Origin: Chrysomallon squamiferum | Taxonomy: Eukaryota; Animalia; Mollusca | Direction: 5' to 3' | NCBI GenBank assembly: GCA_012295275.1 | Contig: CM022678.1 | Span: 15,190,001-15,254,000 of the forward strand | Length of the DNA stretch: 64,000 nt | Shown here: positions 15,480-53,908 of the stretch, piece after piece | Position numbering within the stretch: position 1 is the first letter of the stretch | How the letters are laid out: each line of letters starts with the position of its first letter | The notes under the pieces: generated by a model | The model's input: only the letters and a program-made list of their open reading frames with translations | Told to the model about the DNA's origin: nothing | Database searches by the model: none | Translations under genes and position numbers: made by a program

Positions 15480-15515
<36 letters not shown>

Positions 15516-16406
15516 AACTAAATAAATAAATAAATAAATAAAACATGGAAGAGACGGAATGAAAGAAAAAAAAAATCAGTAAATGTGTTAAATGCTGTTC
15601 CCATTTACTCCCACCAATTTAAAAAAGGAAAATTTCTTTACATTATTTATTTTTCCAATTTTATATTGTAACCATGGTTATTAAAATTGCTTTTCTTTCT
15701 TTCTTTCTTTCTTTATTTGTTTATTTATTTATTTGTTTATTTATTTATTCTCATTATTTCTTCTTCTAAATACATTATACCAATTATCTTTACAAGCATT
15801 CGGAAAGATTTTTCTTACTTCTAAATGGTTCATCAATAATCTTCTAAGACTGACGAAACAAATAAATTAGCTTTAATAAGCAAAATTTAACTATTACAAG
15901 GTTTCAGTAAAAGTCTCAAAATATCGAGTTAAAAACATTTCCATCAGTTCATTCCGTTATTTTTATTTATATTCGTAAACTTCCACGAAACTTTGATCCG
16001 GTTATTTATACCTTATATCTGTAACAATATTTATTAAAATATTTGTTCTATTAATAATAATAATAATCTAAATCAAAAGGTTTCGACTTCCTACATTGTA
16101 GCTAAATTATTCCTGGTAGCGGGAATAAGCAGTTCTGCTAAGCCCCACGAGATCGCCTCTGATACGTCAGTGGAGGTCACGTGACCGAACCACATGATTC
16201 TGAACAGTGAGTTACTTAGACGTGACGAAAATTTACTTTCATATGTCTGGAACGCCACCACAGAACTAGGTAAGACCGTCTCTTACTTATAATTATTTAT
16301 AAATAATGTTATTTATTTTATATGTGGTTACTTCGTAGTGTTTAAACTTTTTATAAAGTTCGTACTTGCTCTTTGCCTTCAGTGAATTGTGCAAGATGGA
16401 ATGTTT

Positions 16407-16445
<39 letters not shown>

Positions 16446-16880
16446 GTAGTAGTAGTAGTAGTAGTAGTACTAGTAGTAGTAATAGTAGCAGTGATAGTAG
16501 TAGTGGTGATAGTAGAAGTGATAGTAATAATAGTAAATTCAACAGGGAAGGAAAGAAAATTGTATTATAAAATTAATCTAAAGAATTTTACAATTTTTCT
16601 TTTAAAAATAAGATAAAAATAATACAAATATGCATTAGATATATTATATAAATATACATCATCGAAAAATAATTTATTTCAGCATGTAAATATAATCAAA
16701 TATTCACCGTAACTCTTTTCTCTCAGTTCGTTATATTAATTAAAATTGCAAACTTCTTCGAGACGTTACAACCGTGAATCTTTCTAATCAGCTAAGGACT
16801 GTATATTTAAGGACTGTATATTTGTAACGTGTCTGACTTCGACTTACATTATGGAAAGTTGTTTCTGGTGCTGTACTCTG

Positions 16881-16887
16881 TATAAAT
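16881..16887 (+). promoter_or_regulatory. Candidate TATA box for an Osr 5' non-coding exon
   Basis: TATAAAT sits in a locally more complex segment ~1.3 kb upstream of the acceptor at 18212, preceded by a 15-bp direct repeat (taaggactgtatatt x2, 16793-16822). There is no transcript evidence. Confidence 0.3.
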
Positions 16888-17426
16888 TAGTAGAGTTGTT
16901 AGTTGGTGTCAAAACCTACAGATAATGTCACTTTAGTTACAGCTGTCAGATACTGTGTATTGTGATCGCTGTAGCCATGTGTTGATGTTTCAGTCAACGT
17001 ACTGTACATAAGGAATACTTTCTTATTTGTATTGTTTATACTTTGCGTCATTATTTATGTTAATATTATTTTTGTAACTGTTTTTCTTCTGTTTATTTTA
17101 AGAACTTTATTTAAAAACTCGCCTTTGTAAATTATTACACTAATAGCCAAAACATTAATTTTATGTTATTTTATTTATTATGCGTTTGTTAATAAGCATC
17201 AGTCTGATAATAATAATAATAAAAAATATTTATAGTTATAATGTATGATGATGAAGATAGTAAAATTAATCATAATAATACAATGATTACTACTGCTGCT
17301 AATAATAATAATAAGTCGAAATTGTTACGTTAATTGTAAGCTGATAAATTATCAAACGAATTTAATGAAAAACGGGAATAAGTAATATTATTATTTTTCT
17401 TAAATTTGTGGTTATTGTTGTTGTTG

Positions 17427-17473
<47 letters not shown>

Positions 17474-17581
17474 TTAAACCAGAAGACAATGAATAATGTC
17501 AAATAACGATAAACTTGCTTACGAAAGTGATTACAAAACAAATGAAAACTGCAACGTGCAGAAGAATTTTAAAATTGTATG

Positions 17582-17666
17582 TGAAATTTGTAGTTTTATT
17601 AATTAACTGAAATTTGTAGTTTTATTAATTAACTGAAATTTGTAGTTTTATTAATTAACTGAAATT
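17582..17666. repeat. 26-bp tandem repeat x3 (tgaaatttgtagttttattaattaac)
   Basis: Directly visible. Confidence 0.9.
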
Positions 17667-18274
17667 TTAATAACAAATGTCAGGATCAGATTAAACTGAA
17701 TTGTAAAATTTGCTTTAGAACTCAAGTTAGCTGTTTTAAAAAGATACTTGCAACGTTTATTCAAATTCTTTCGTTCTGAATATGTTTTTAAATGTTAACA
17801 GAGAAATTCAAATTTATAAACAAATGAATATAAAAATATTTCATTAAAGAAACGAGAACAACAAATATATCACTATTATAAAATTATAATAATATACAGA
17901 TCTTTCGATTTAGATAGTAGTAATATGATTATATATTTCTTTAAAATAAGAGAATCTTTGAGATGTTATTATAAAAGTTATTTTAAGTAAAAATTATTTC
18001 GTTTGATATTGGCAACTGGCATTTGTTTTTAATCTCGAATTAGCGAGAAGTTGCAAAACAACGACGTAATAATTATCTCAAAAGAGAAGTATTTATTTAC
18101 ATTCATTTGTTTTGATATTAAGTATTTACAAAAACAGCTGATTAACAGTTTGTTCAGCAGTTAAGTAATGTTCAACTCCTATCAGTTTCTGACACTGTTT
18201 TATTTATTTCAGTGTATTCCAGATACAGGACGATAGTTCAGTTACAACCACAGACAGCTTGTACGTCCACAGCC

Positions 18275-24231
<5,957 letters not shown>

Positions 24232-24700
24232 TCACGTTAACATCACTCAATACTGATACAACAACTACAATAACTTCATCAATACTTGATCGTCTGCAAC
24301 AGCTGTCTGATCATATCAGCATCATCAGCATCTCATAATACCAATATCGCCAGTATCCGACAATAGTTGATAAAATCAACATCATCAACATGATCACATC
24401 GATATTCCTAGTGGGAAATAACTGAAAAACCATTTATGAAAGATGGTCTGGGCTAAGGTAACGTCAACACCGACGTCGTTTGTATAATGAACATTAATTG
24501 ATTGTACTGCAGAATGGATAATGTCACAGTGTGAACAGCAACAACGACAACGACATGTTACCGGTGTGTACTTCATATAAATAGTGAAAGATTTTTATAA
24601 TTCAGAAATATCAATGTATAGATTCTGTAGACCGAAACAACTGTAATGTGAAATTACTGATATTTGTTACTGTTATTCATTGTTAAGTCTTTGTTACAAG

Positions 24701-24706
24701 AATAAA
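24701..24706 (+). terminator. Candidate polyadenylation signal of Osr
   Basis: AATAAA lies ~470 nt after the stop codon and is followed by T/GT-rich sequence. Confidence 0.45.
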
Positions 24707-24780
24707 CTTATATAATGTTTACTTATTTGTATATTAATAGTTTTTAATTACCTCTGGTAAACGTTGTAAAAATGTGGCTT

Positions 24781-24824
<44 letters not shown>

Positions 24825-25969
24825 AAATTATTATTATTATTATTATTATTTAATTAATTAATTAATTAATTAAATTTAGTTTTGTTTTCTTTCAGTTGAT
24901 AATGGAAAGTTTTCAGACTATTATATTTATTTATTTAATTATTTATTATTATTATTATACAGACGAAACAGTATATTAGTACTGTACAACAAATGGCATG
25001 CTGTTATATATAGGTTATATTATTATTTAGAAATAGAAACTTTTGTAAATACAAATCTGTCATCCACAGTCTGCTTTGCATCATTCCTGAACTGTACATA
25101 ACAATATGGTATCTCCTTGCACTAGGGGTATTTGTATTTTTATATATATAATGTAAATAAATGTATAGTAAGAGAACAAAACGTGTTGTTTCTTTATACA
25201 AAAATTAAATCTTCGTTAGAGACACAGACGAAAAATTTGCATAAAAAAGAGAAGAATATATTCATTAAATTAACGTGAATATTTTGTTTTATCTCTGTAC
25301 TATCGTGTGTGGTTTTTTTTATTACTATTATCACACGAAATATTATTATTCCCTTTGATCAGTGATAAATACTACATTATTTTAATATTATTTATAATAG
25401 TAGTATAGCAAAAGAAATTATCAGTATTGCTTGCTTTCCTGTAAAAAATTAGGTTATTGTATTCTCTTTTAGACTTTTGGTAATTCAGGAATGTTGTGTG
25501 TGTGTGCAGGGGGGTGTCTGTATATATGTATGTGTAAGTATACACACACACACAGAAACACATCACTGTATTTATTTTAATATTGTAAAGTTCTTATTAG
25601 TGGTTAGAATTTAATGCAAAAGATCAATGACTACTAGTGTAAATAGAATATTAGTAAAGAAAAAAGAAAATGAAGTAATTACAGAACAAGAAAATATCAT
25701 TGAAACAGAAATAAATAAAAATATAAATAGAAAATCCCACATACCACTAGCATAAAGTCAACTATTATTTATTTATTTATTTTATTAATGGGTACTGAAT
25801 AATTATTAACGCTTCCTTGTAAAAACATGGACGTTAAACAAATGCCAATCTAAGGGAAACAACCTCATTAATAAAATATCTACCATAAACGAAACGAAAA
25901 GCTATTAGGATTATTTCATTTAAGAAATATTATTTGAAATAGGCATAAAAATTGATTTTGTAAATCTTT

Positions 25970-26055
<86 letters not shown>

Positions 26056-26329
26056 GCTGTTGTTAGTTTGTCGACGTCGTCATTGTACGTCCATCTTGTA
26101 CTATTTCACCTAATATCTAAATAAAGAAAGAATAATTTGTCACATTCAAAGGTAGATAAGATTTAAGATTTACACTGTTTTAAAAGGGCTTTGCAACATT
26201 TATCAAGAATTTTGATGCCATCCAGAAGCGACTTAACAGTTTTAAGTCTCGCTGCCGCTAATGTAAAGCAGATTGATATATCGAAGCATGATCTTTTAAG
26301 ATTATAGCTCATCTTTCACAAACACACAT

Positions 26330-26362
<33 letters not shown>

Positions 26363-26685
26363 CAACAAACACATCACATACAAATATGCAAATAGTGTTT
26401 AAAATACGCGGTCGGTTATAAGAAATATAAGAGTTATCTCCCATATGTTTACATATTTAACCCGATCGATGCAGGTCAGTGCGAAGGGACATAATCGCGA
26501 AACAGAACTGTACACAACTCAGGTAAAACAGGTCACGATGTTCTTAATTAATGTGACAGAAAAATGGCGACGAAATGCCGAACATCAGGTAGGAGAAAGT
26601 CGCATAGACTGATAGATCGTTCTTGACTGTGACTGCGAGAAGAAAAACTAAATACAGACTATTTGTTATCAAATATAATCAAATC

Positions 26686-41843
<15,158 letters not shown>

Positions 41844-43178
41844 CGTCAGCAACAAAGAAAGATAAAAAGAAATCCACCATGTGATCATTTATTTGATATT
41901 TTAGTTGTATTGGTATATTGATATAGTCAGCCTAAATGAATGAGATGAAAATACTTAGTAAGAACATTATAAAACATCCTTTGTTCATGTGCTAATATTA
42001 AAATAAAATGCTAAATATTAATCTAATTACTATTATAGAAAATTATTATGAAGAACATCATATCAAAACAGTATTATTAAGAGCCAAAACCTTAATATAT
42101 TTAACATTATGCAAAAACATGAAAAAAATTATACTGAAATGTACATTACTAATATGATATATTGCATTAACATTATGCAAATTGTGATAATACAAACTGG
42201 TTATTACAAGGTTGTAAAAAAAAAAAAAATTATAATCAGAAAATACTTGTGTTCTACAAACGTTCGTTTTTAAGGTTCTGTTAATAAGTTTACTATATTT
42301 TCCAGTTGGCAGGTTTTGTTCGTGTTTTTTTTTTTTTTTTTTTTTTTCCTTTTTATAATAATAACCAGCAGTTCAAAGATCTGTCATTCAAACTTGTGCC
42401 GAATGAACAAATAAAGTTTTATACAACTGTTAACATGTTATTCTTCTTGTTTTTTTGTTTATCTGTTAACTGTGACTGAACTTTCGCGTTACTGTTACCA
42501 TTAATTACACAAATAAAACAGTTTATCTCCTATAGCCATTTATCTACAGTTTATACTGTTTTCTTTCTCTGCTAGTTTCACACGGAATATTTGCATTTTT
42601 AAAACTTTTCTTTGTATTGTAATTAAGAAATAATAATGAATAATGATAATAGTAAAATTATTATATTATTTTTATTAGTTATTGCTATTGTCATTAGTTA
42701 TTGTTACTTTATCATAATTTTTTGTTGTTATTATTAACAATTGTATATATTAAAATGCTCAAGACATTATAAAATTATTTGTAGCAGTATTTAATTTTGA
42801 AAACATGTTATGAAGTAGATTGGTTAGAAATAATATAATCTATTTTCAACTTTCTGTGTGTATGAACGTATTGAAAATGGCCTTTTATCAGCCACATAGA
42901 GCTTCCACACAGCAAATAGCTCTGATTATTAACAGCGTTTTCTTAGAAATTTATTTCAAACATATATCACCTCCACATTAATAAATTCAATTTTATATAT
43001 ATTGTACCAAAATACTTGGTAAAATCTATGGGTTAGATCAAAACAAACATACAGCCTGAAATAATTGTGATACGGTATAATAATAATAATAATCTTGTTT
43101 CTGCTCTCACAACTGCATAATTTAATGATGATAGTTTTAGCTGAGCCAACAAATTTGCCTTATTTTGAGTAGAAAATA

Positions 43179-43455
43179 GAAACTTTGGATACATCCTGAT
43201 ATGAAAGATGAATAAAAGGTATGTAAATAAAGAAGATTATTTATATTTCACAAATATTCTCTACATTTATACCAAATGTAGCTATACTAGCAACAGCCAG
43301 TGAAATAATTATAAGTAAGTAAACATTTTCTTTCTTCTTGTAGACTTCTTTCTTCCATTCTGATGGGTCACCTCATCTTCCCGTGTGTAGGGGTTCAACA
43401 AGCACGGCATGACAGTTGACATGATGCGAAATGCAGCTCAAACCACAAACTGATA
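43179..43455 (+). pseudogene. Third, older partial copy of the micropeptide unit (exon end, intron, 3' exon)
   Basis: It retains tggatacatcctga, an AG|GT donor, caaatattctctacatt, aaacattttctttcttcttgtag, tcttcccgtgtgtag and gcagctcaaa in the same order as 44482-44800. Confidence 0.7.
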
Positions 43456-43810
43456 AAAAAAAAAAAAAAAAAAAAAAACACTCGATGAATATAAAGCTGA
43501 TAATAATTATTTAATACTATGTTATTTACGAAACATCACAAACATGAAGAATGTGAACATGGAATTTAGATTAATTTATTACAATAATCGGACATCTCGG
43601 TTCTTGGTTTTGTTTCGGTTTCAGTAGCAAGACATATCTTTGCGGTAGACATACCTAAAATAACATGAATTACTTCGAAAATAAAAAAATTATTATTGAT
43701 GACAATAGTTAAAAAATAAATTATAATAAGATTTAAATCACTGAAGATTTCGTCCTTACAAATTAGAATTTATACTAAGCGTACACTCGATGTTATATAA
43801 TGTGTATTTT

Positions 43811-43938
43811 TATATCGATCGGAGTTCAAAATAAGAATTAATATTCGGTTAACTTCGTTTTTACGTTCGGGTTTATGACGTCATCAATGCTTTGTTTACA
43901 TAGATACAGTTGGCGATATTGAAGATTAGCGCATTCGA
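43811..43938 (+). promoter_or_regulatory. Candidate promoter and first non-coding exon of the micropeptide gene
   Basis: This CpG-containing block has a DRE-like ATATCGAT (43812), a palindromic CRE ATGACGTCAT (43875-43884), a Fox site TGTTTAC (43893), an Inr-like ACAGTT (~43906) and a donor-like A|GTTAGT at 43939. Confidence 0.4.
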
Positions 43939-44375
43939 GTTAGTTCTGACTCTACTTTCCTTCTTTTTTACTTTATATACTGATTTCATCTGCAAATGAT
44001 GAAGGTTACATTTGTGTAGGTTTAATTTTTATATTATTAACATATTTAAGTCCAAACTGGACATATTGTTTTATTTTTAGATTAGATAATCAACGATAAC
44101 TGAAAACTGTGTGTATGCATTACTTTCTAACCTCTAATGCTATGATTCCTGTTTCTTATATTGTTAATAATTTTTACATAAAAATAACAACAACAATCAA
44201 TTACTGATAGTATTTCGAATGTTTTTATTTAAAAAGAATAAAGGAGTGTAAAAAATATCTCATTATTTGACAACTATTATTTTATTAATTCTTCACGTCT
44301 AAAAATATTTAGTGAATGGTTTCTATAAAATATTTGAAGAGTTCTGTTATTTTCAGAATCCGTTTCGAAGAGCCC

Positions 44376-44495
44376 ATGGACGTCGACCCCTTCGACGACA
44401 GAGACATTCAACCAATGGAGGTTGACCCCTTCGACGACAGAGACATTCAACCAATGGAGGTTGACCCATTCGGGGAACCCATGGATACATCCTGA
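44376..44495 (+). CDS. Putative 39-aa acidic repeat micropeptide MDVDPFDDRDIQPMEVDPFDDRDIQPMEVDPFGEPMDTS
   Basis: A GC-rich exon (44357-44502) in AT-rich DNA has a tttcag acceptor and an AG|GTATC donor. It contains an in-frame 39-bp repeat. A downstream exon starts at 44638 (ttcttgtacag), and CRE/Fox motifs lie upstream. No homologue recognised. Confidence 0.45.
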   Translation: MDVDPFDDRDIQPMEVDPFDDRDIQPMEVDPFGEPMDTS

Positions 44496-46305
44496 GTATA
44501 AGGTATCATAATAAAATATGTTGAAACATTATTATTTTTCGCAAATATTCTCTACATTCATATTAGACACAGCCACTGCGAATGAAGTAAAGATAACATA
44601 TATAATAAATAAACATTTTTCTTTTCTTCTTGTACAGGTGGATTTCTTTGGTTCTCCCGATTGTTTCACGTCCAATGCAAGGACACCGACGTCCATGGGC
44701 TCCACCCTCTTCCCGTGTGTAGCGGGCCACGTGAAAAGCACGACCTGGAGCTGACTGGAAGCGAAAAGCAGCTCAAAGCATGAACTGGCAAAAACAACTG
44801 ATGAACACAAAAGTTGACAAAACGTTTCAAGCATGAAACATCCTAAACATGTAAATCATGCCAGTCTTTTATATCTTGATCAGTGGTGGTGACAGCAAAT
44901 TAAAGAAGTTTTTTTCTCTCAATGTTGCATTTATGAAGATATATTTACAAAACAGTAACAATAATTCATAAATGTTTTAGAAACCGTATATATATATATA
45001 TGTATTCAACCCATAAATACATATATATTTTTACATTTGTAAAGATTAATATTTTTCTAAATTAAAAAGTGGAGTTGTTTTTCTTTTTCATGCAATCAGG
45101 TTGAGCACAGATTTTGTTTTTAAAATCTACATTATTACATAATTAAGTATAGTTGATATATTTTAATTTGTACTATTTATTTATTATTTTGAAGTGTTCA
45201 AACTCATTTCAGAAATGACATCAGATTTTATTCATGCTGAGAAGACAGAAATCTCGTGTGGTTAGCCGCTCCGTATATCTTAGCGATCACACCCAGGACC
45301 GGTCCCAGGGATTTTCCTCTTTATATTCTAAAGATCTCAACTGTACAAGGTGGCGCCATGACTACATGTGCAGGTACCTCCAGACATTGTTGTTCTGTTA
45401 TATTAGCAGTTATATAATCTGTTATATTAGCACTTCACATAACAGTCGGTATTGGTATTAATGCTAAATACAAGAGTCTTTTCGATACTCTTTTATTTCT
45501 TTATTTCTTTATAGTCATAATATATATTATTATTATTATTATTATTAAGACAGTTATTTAAATTTCTGCTGAGCAACACATTTTCAGTTACCCTTGGATT
45601 ATGTTTCTTCAGAAACTAATAAATGAAAACATTTCAAAAGATATTTTTAAGATGGTATCGAATTATATATCAGAGGAACTTAGCCGAATTTTAATATGTA
45701 AGTTAAAAGAAATAATTAAGAATGAGGAAAACATTTTGAAAAAATGTATCAACATAACCGGAAATTTAATACTTTATATAAAAAATATTATGGGACCTCT
45801 GGGATCAAACACTAGTAGCTTGGTTTTATTATTGGTTTAAATATCAAGAATTATTTCTAATATTTTGGAGTGTAGGGATGCCTAAAATAATTAGAAATCT
45901 TACAGAACTTTTTAAAATTATTATTACGACTACAATAACAGGTAAGGAATAAATTATAATAACATTTAAATAATTAAAGACTTTCTACTTACAAATTAAA
46001 ATTTATCCTAAGCGGATAATTCTATTTTATATCCTTCAAATAATGTTTGTTTGATTAATTTTGCTTTATATCTGAATTTCATCTACAAATAATGATGTAC
46101 ACTCTGATGTAAATTTAATTTTTATATTATTAACATATTTTGGTTTCAATTGGACATGGTGTTTTGTTCAAATTAGATTATGCTATATTAATGTTAGATC
46201 AGATATTTAATTGAAAACTGTGTTTATTTTGGTTACTTATGTTGGTAACATACTCTTGTCACAACATTTTCTTCTACCGAATCCTAAATAAAATAAGAAT
46301 TATAT

Positions 46306-46346
<41 letters not shown>

Positions 46347-46456
46347 GGGAACATAAATCTCATTCTCATACAACAGCTTTTTATCACTTCTTCAAGTCTA
46401 ATATTATTTAGATAATGCTTTGTAAAAAGTATTTTAACATTTTTTTTTTTTCCGTA

Positions 46457-46533
46457 ACCGCGTGGAAGAGCCTATGGACATGAACCTCTTCGACGACGGA
46501 GATATTCAACCCATGGATACAACCTCAGAATAA
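46457..46533 (+). pseudogene. Degenerate second copy of the micropeptide exon (RVEEPMDMNLFDDGDIQPMDTTSE*)
   Basis: It is paralogous to 44357-44502. The acceptor AG is absent (ttttccgtaacc versus tttcagaatcc), the repeats are reduced, and the promoter-like block seen at 43780-43965 in copy 1 is missing. Confidence 0.5.
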
Positions 46534-48256
46534 GGTATCATAATAAAATATGTTGAAACATTATTATTTTTCGCAAATATTCTCTACTTTCATATTAGTC
46601 GCAAGCTATACTGCGAATGAAGTAAAGATAACATTACATAATAAATAAACATTTTTCTTTTCTTCTTGTACAGGTGGATTTATTTGGTTGTCCCGATCGT
46701 TCACGTCCAATGCAAGGACACCGACGTCCATGGGCTCCACCCTCTTCCCATGTGTAGCGGGCCACGTGAAAAGCACGACCTGGAGTTGACTTGAAGCGAA
46801 AAGCAGCTCAAAGCATGAACTGGCAAAAACAACTGATGAATACAAAAGTTGACAAAACGTTTCAAACACGAAACATCCTAAACATGTAAATCATGCCAGT
46901 CATTTACAGCGTCATCAGTGAAGGTCAAAGCAAATTAAAGAAGTATTTTCCTCTGAATATATGAACATATATTTACATAACAGTAACAATAATTCAGATA
47001 AAGAAATGTTGGCGAATACATACAATTACATATGTACGATATTTTTACATTTGCAAAAGTTAAATAATATTTTTCTAAATTGAAAAACTTTGTTGTTTTT
47101 CTCTTTTACACGGAAAGGTTTAACACGCTTTTGTTTTAGCAATTACATTATTACAGAACAGTTTATAAATTTAAATTTGTGTTATTTATTTATTATTTTG
47201 TTAGGTGGTTTCAGACATGATAGTTTTACTTATAATGAAAACACATAATTGTCGTCTGCTTGGCCCCAGTGTCCAGGGCCGGTCCTAGGAATTCGAGCGC
47301 CCTCTACAATTTAATATCGGGCTCTTGCTGACTTTCGGAACATTTCATTTTCATTTGTTTAAAACATAACAATTAACAATCAGATTCTCGACTAGGAATT
47401 TTCTTTTATCATTATTTTAATTCTGTTTATTTTTTCCCATTATTTTGATTATCTCGAATACTCTGATCACAGCCTATACGTTAGATATAGCTCTTCACAT
47501 AACTGTAACTAAACGGTAATAGTTTCTTGTCGCTATTTTTATTTTTCATATTATTATTATTTTAATGCTTATTTTGTACTATTATTATTTTTAAAACATT
47601 TCAGGAGGTACATTTTTAGTGAATCTTGGATTAGTGTGTTTCTGCAGAAACTGAAATATATCAAGAAGCAGTTATTAGTTCCCCAAAACAGACAGGCATC
47701 GTTCACCATTCTCGTTTCGGTTACAGGCAACTGTTTTGTATGTTCACCGATAATATTGCTTCTTCTATCAACGGTGATAAATTGGTTGATTTGACAAGAT
47801 ATTGACCCACTTTATCTATTTCATCTGCCTGTATATTCTGTCTATGCCATTTGGCAACACATTTTTGTTTATACGCTTCCGATTAAAAGTACAGTTGTCA
47901 GAGCTCTTTTTTCTATGATTATTCCTGTCTTTATTATTTTTATTATTATTTTAAATTTGTATCGCGCTTACACATACCATTCAGTAATTATTTATCTTGA
48001 ATGAATGATTGTGTGTGAAACAAAAAAACTACATGCCATTTGGTTGTTTGAATATGAAAACTATAAATTGTATATTTCGTAAATTGAACTGAATTTAGTC
48101 TAGTACATCTTATCATTGTGTCTAAATTAATGAATTAAATCACATAATTGGTTTGAAAGAACAGAACACAATTTATAAAATTTAAACTACTATTCGAAGG
48201 AATTTGAGGAACGTAATTACGTAATTAGTAAACAGAGGAAATCTCTTAGTTTAGTG

Positions 48257-48360
48257 GTGTAAGGGAAACAATTCTAATTAAATATATTTAGAGTTGTCCC
48301 TTACACATCAAACAATTAAAATTACCTCCCTTCTTCAGCACTTCCGATTTACTTTATTCG
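48257..48360 (+). promoter_or_regulatory. PSMD14 promoter and 5' non-coding exon end
   Basis: There is an inverted repeat at 48257-48306, an Ets-type CACTTCCG at 48339-48346, and a donor CG|GTAGGT at 48361 that would splice to the acceptor at 48871, just before the ATG. Confidence 0.55.
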
Positions 48361-48881
48361 GTAGGTAAATATTTTAGCTTTACTTCTTGCTTTTTTCTTT
48401 TCAAAGTTCATCTCTGGGATAACATTTGGACTGTGACAAAATTCATTTGTGAACATGAATATATAAATTAAATCTTTTATTCTTTGTTTTAAAGATTTTT
48501 CTCAGTGGTTACAATGTAACAATAACATGTTCTGTACTCAGTACTGTCAAATTTGCTTAGTCATTTTTAAATCTTTTTTGTTTTTTTCTGAAAATTTAAC
48601 TTTTGTAATTATGCAGTGAATGTACGGTAATTACTGTCGAAAAATATATATTGTAATGCAGCTTCGAATATAATTAATGATAATAATAATTATTATAATT
48701 ATTTTATATGAAATATCTAATTAACTTCAAAAACTTGTATTTTAAAATCTACTTTAATATCTTTCGAATTTATTTATTTGTTATAATTTAGTAATTGTAA
48801 TTTAGATGTTTTTGTAGCAAGACATAATTGTTAATAATTTTTTCCACTGTAATATGTTTTGTTCTTTATAGTTAAGATATA

Positions 48882-53850
<4,969 letters not shown>

Positions 53851-53902
53851 AAAGTTCTCTATGTTCATTTGTAAAAACATTTCTTCATCAGTACAGGTGT
53901 AA

Positions 53903-53908
53903 AATAAA
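53903..53908 (+). terminator. Candidate polyadenylation signal of PSMD14
   Basis: AATAAA lies 52 nt after the stop codon and is followed by GT-rich sequence. Confidence 0.45.

Larger units (their letters stand above)
43520..47655 (+). repeat. Tandem segmental duplication, two ~2.1 kb units (approx. 43520-45617 and 45740-47655)
   Basis: The units show colinear similarity throughout, for example cttacaaattagaatttatactaagcg / cttacaaattaaaatttatcctaagcg. Segments 44503-44865 and 46534-46900 are near-identical. Confidence 0.9.

Noticed and set aside
43455-43478. Poly-A after copy 0, suggesting a retrocopy
   Set aside because: The copy retains its intron, and long A-tracts are common throughout the window.
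45601-45840. 79-aa K/I/N-rich ORF at the junction of the duplicated units
   Set aside because: It is AT-rich and compositionally biased, and it is not preserved in the paralogous segments.
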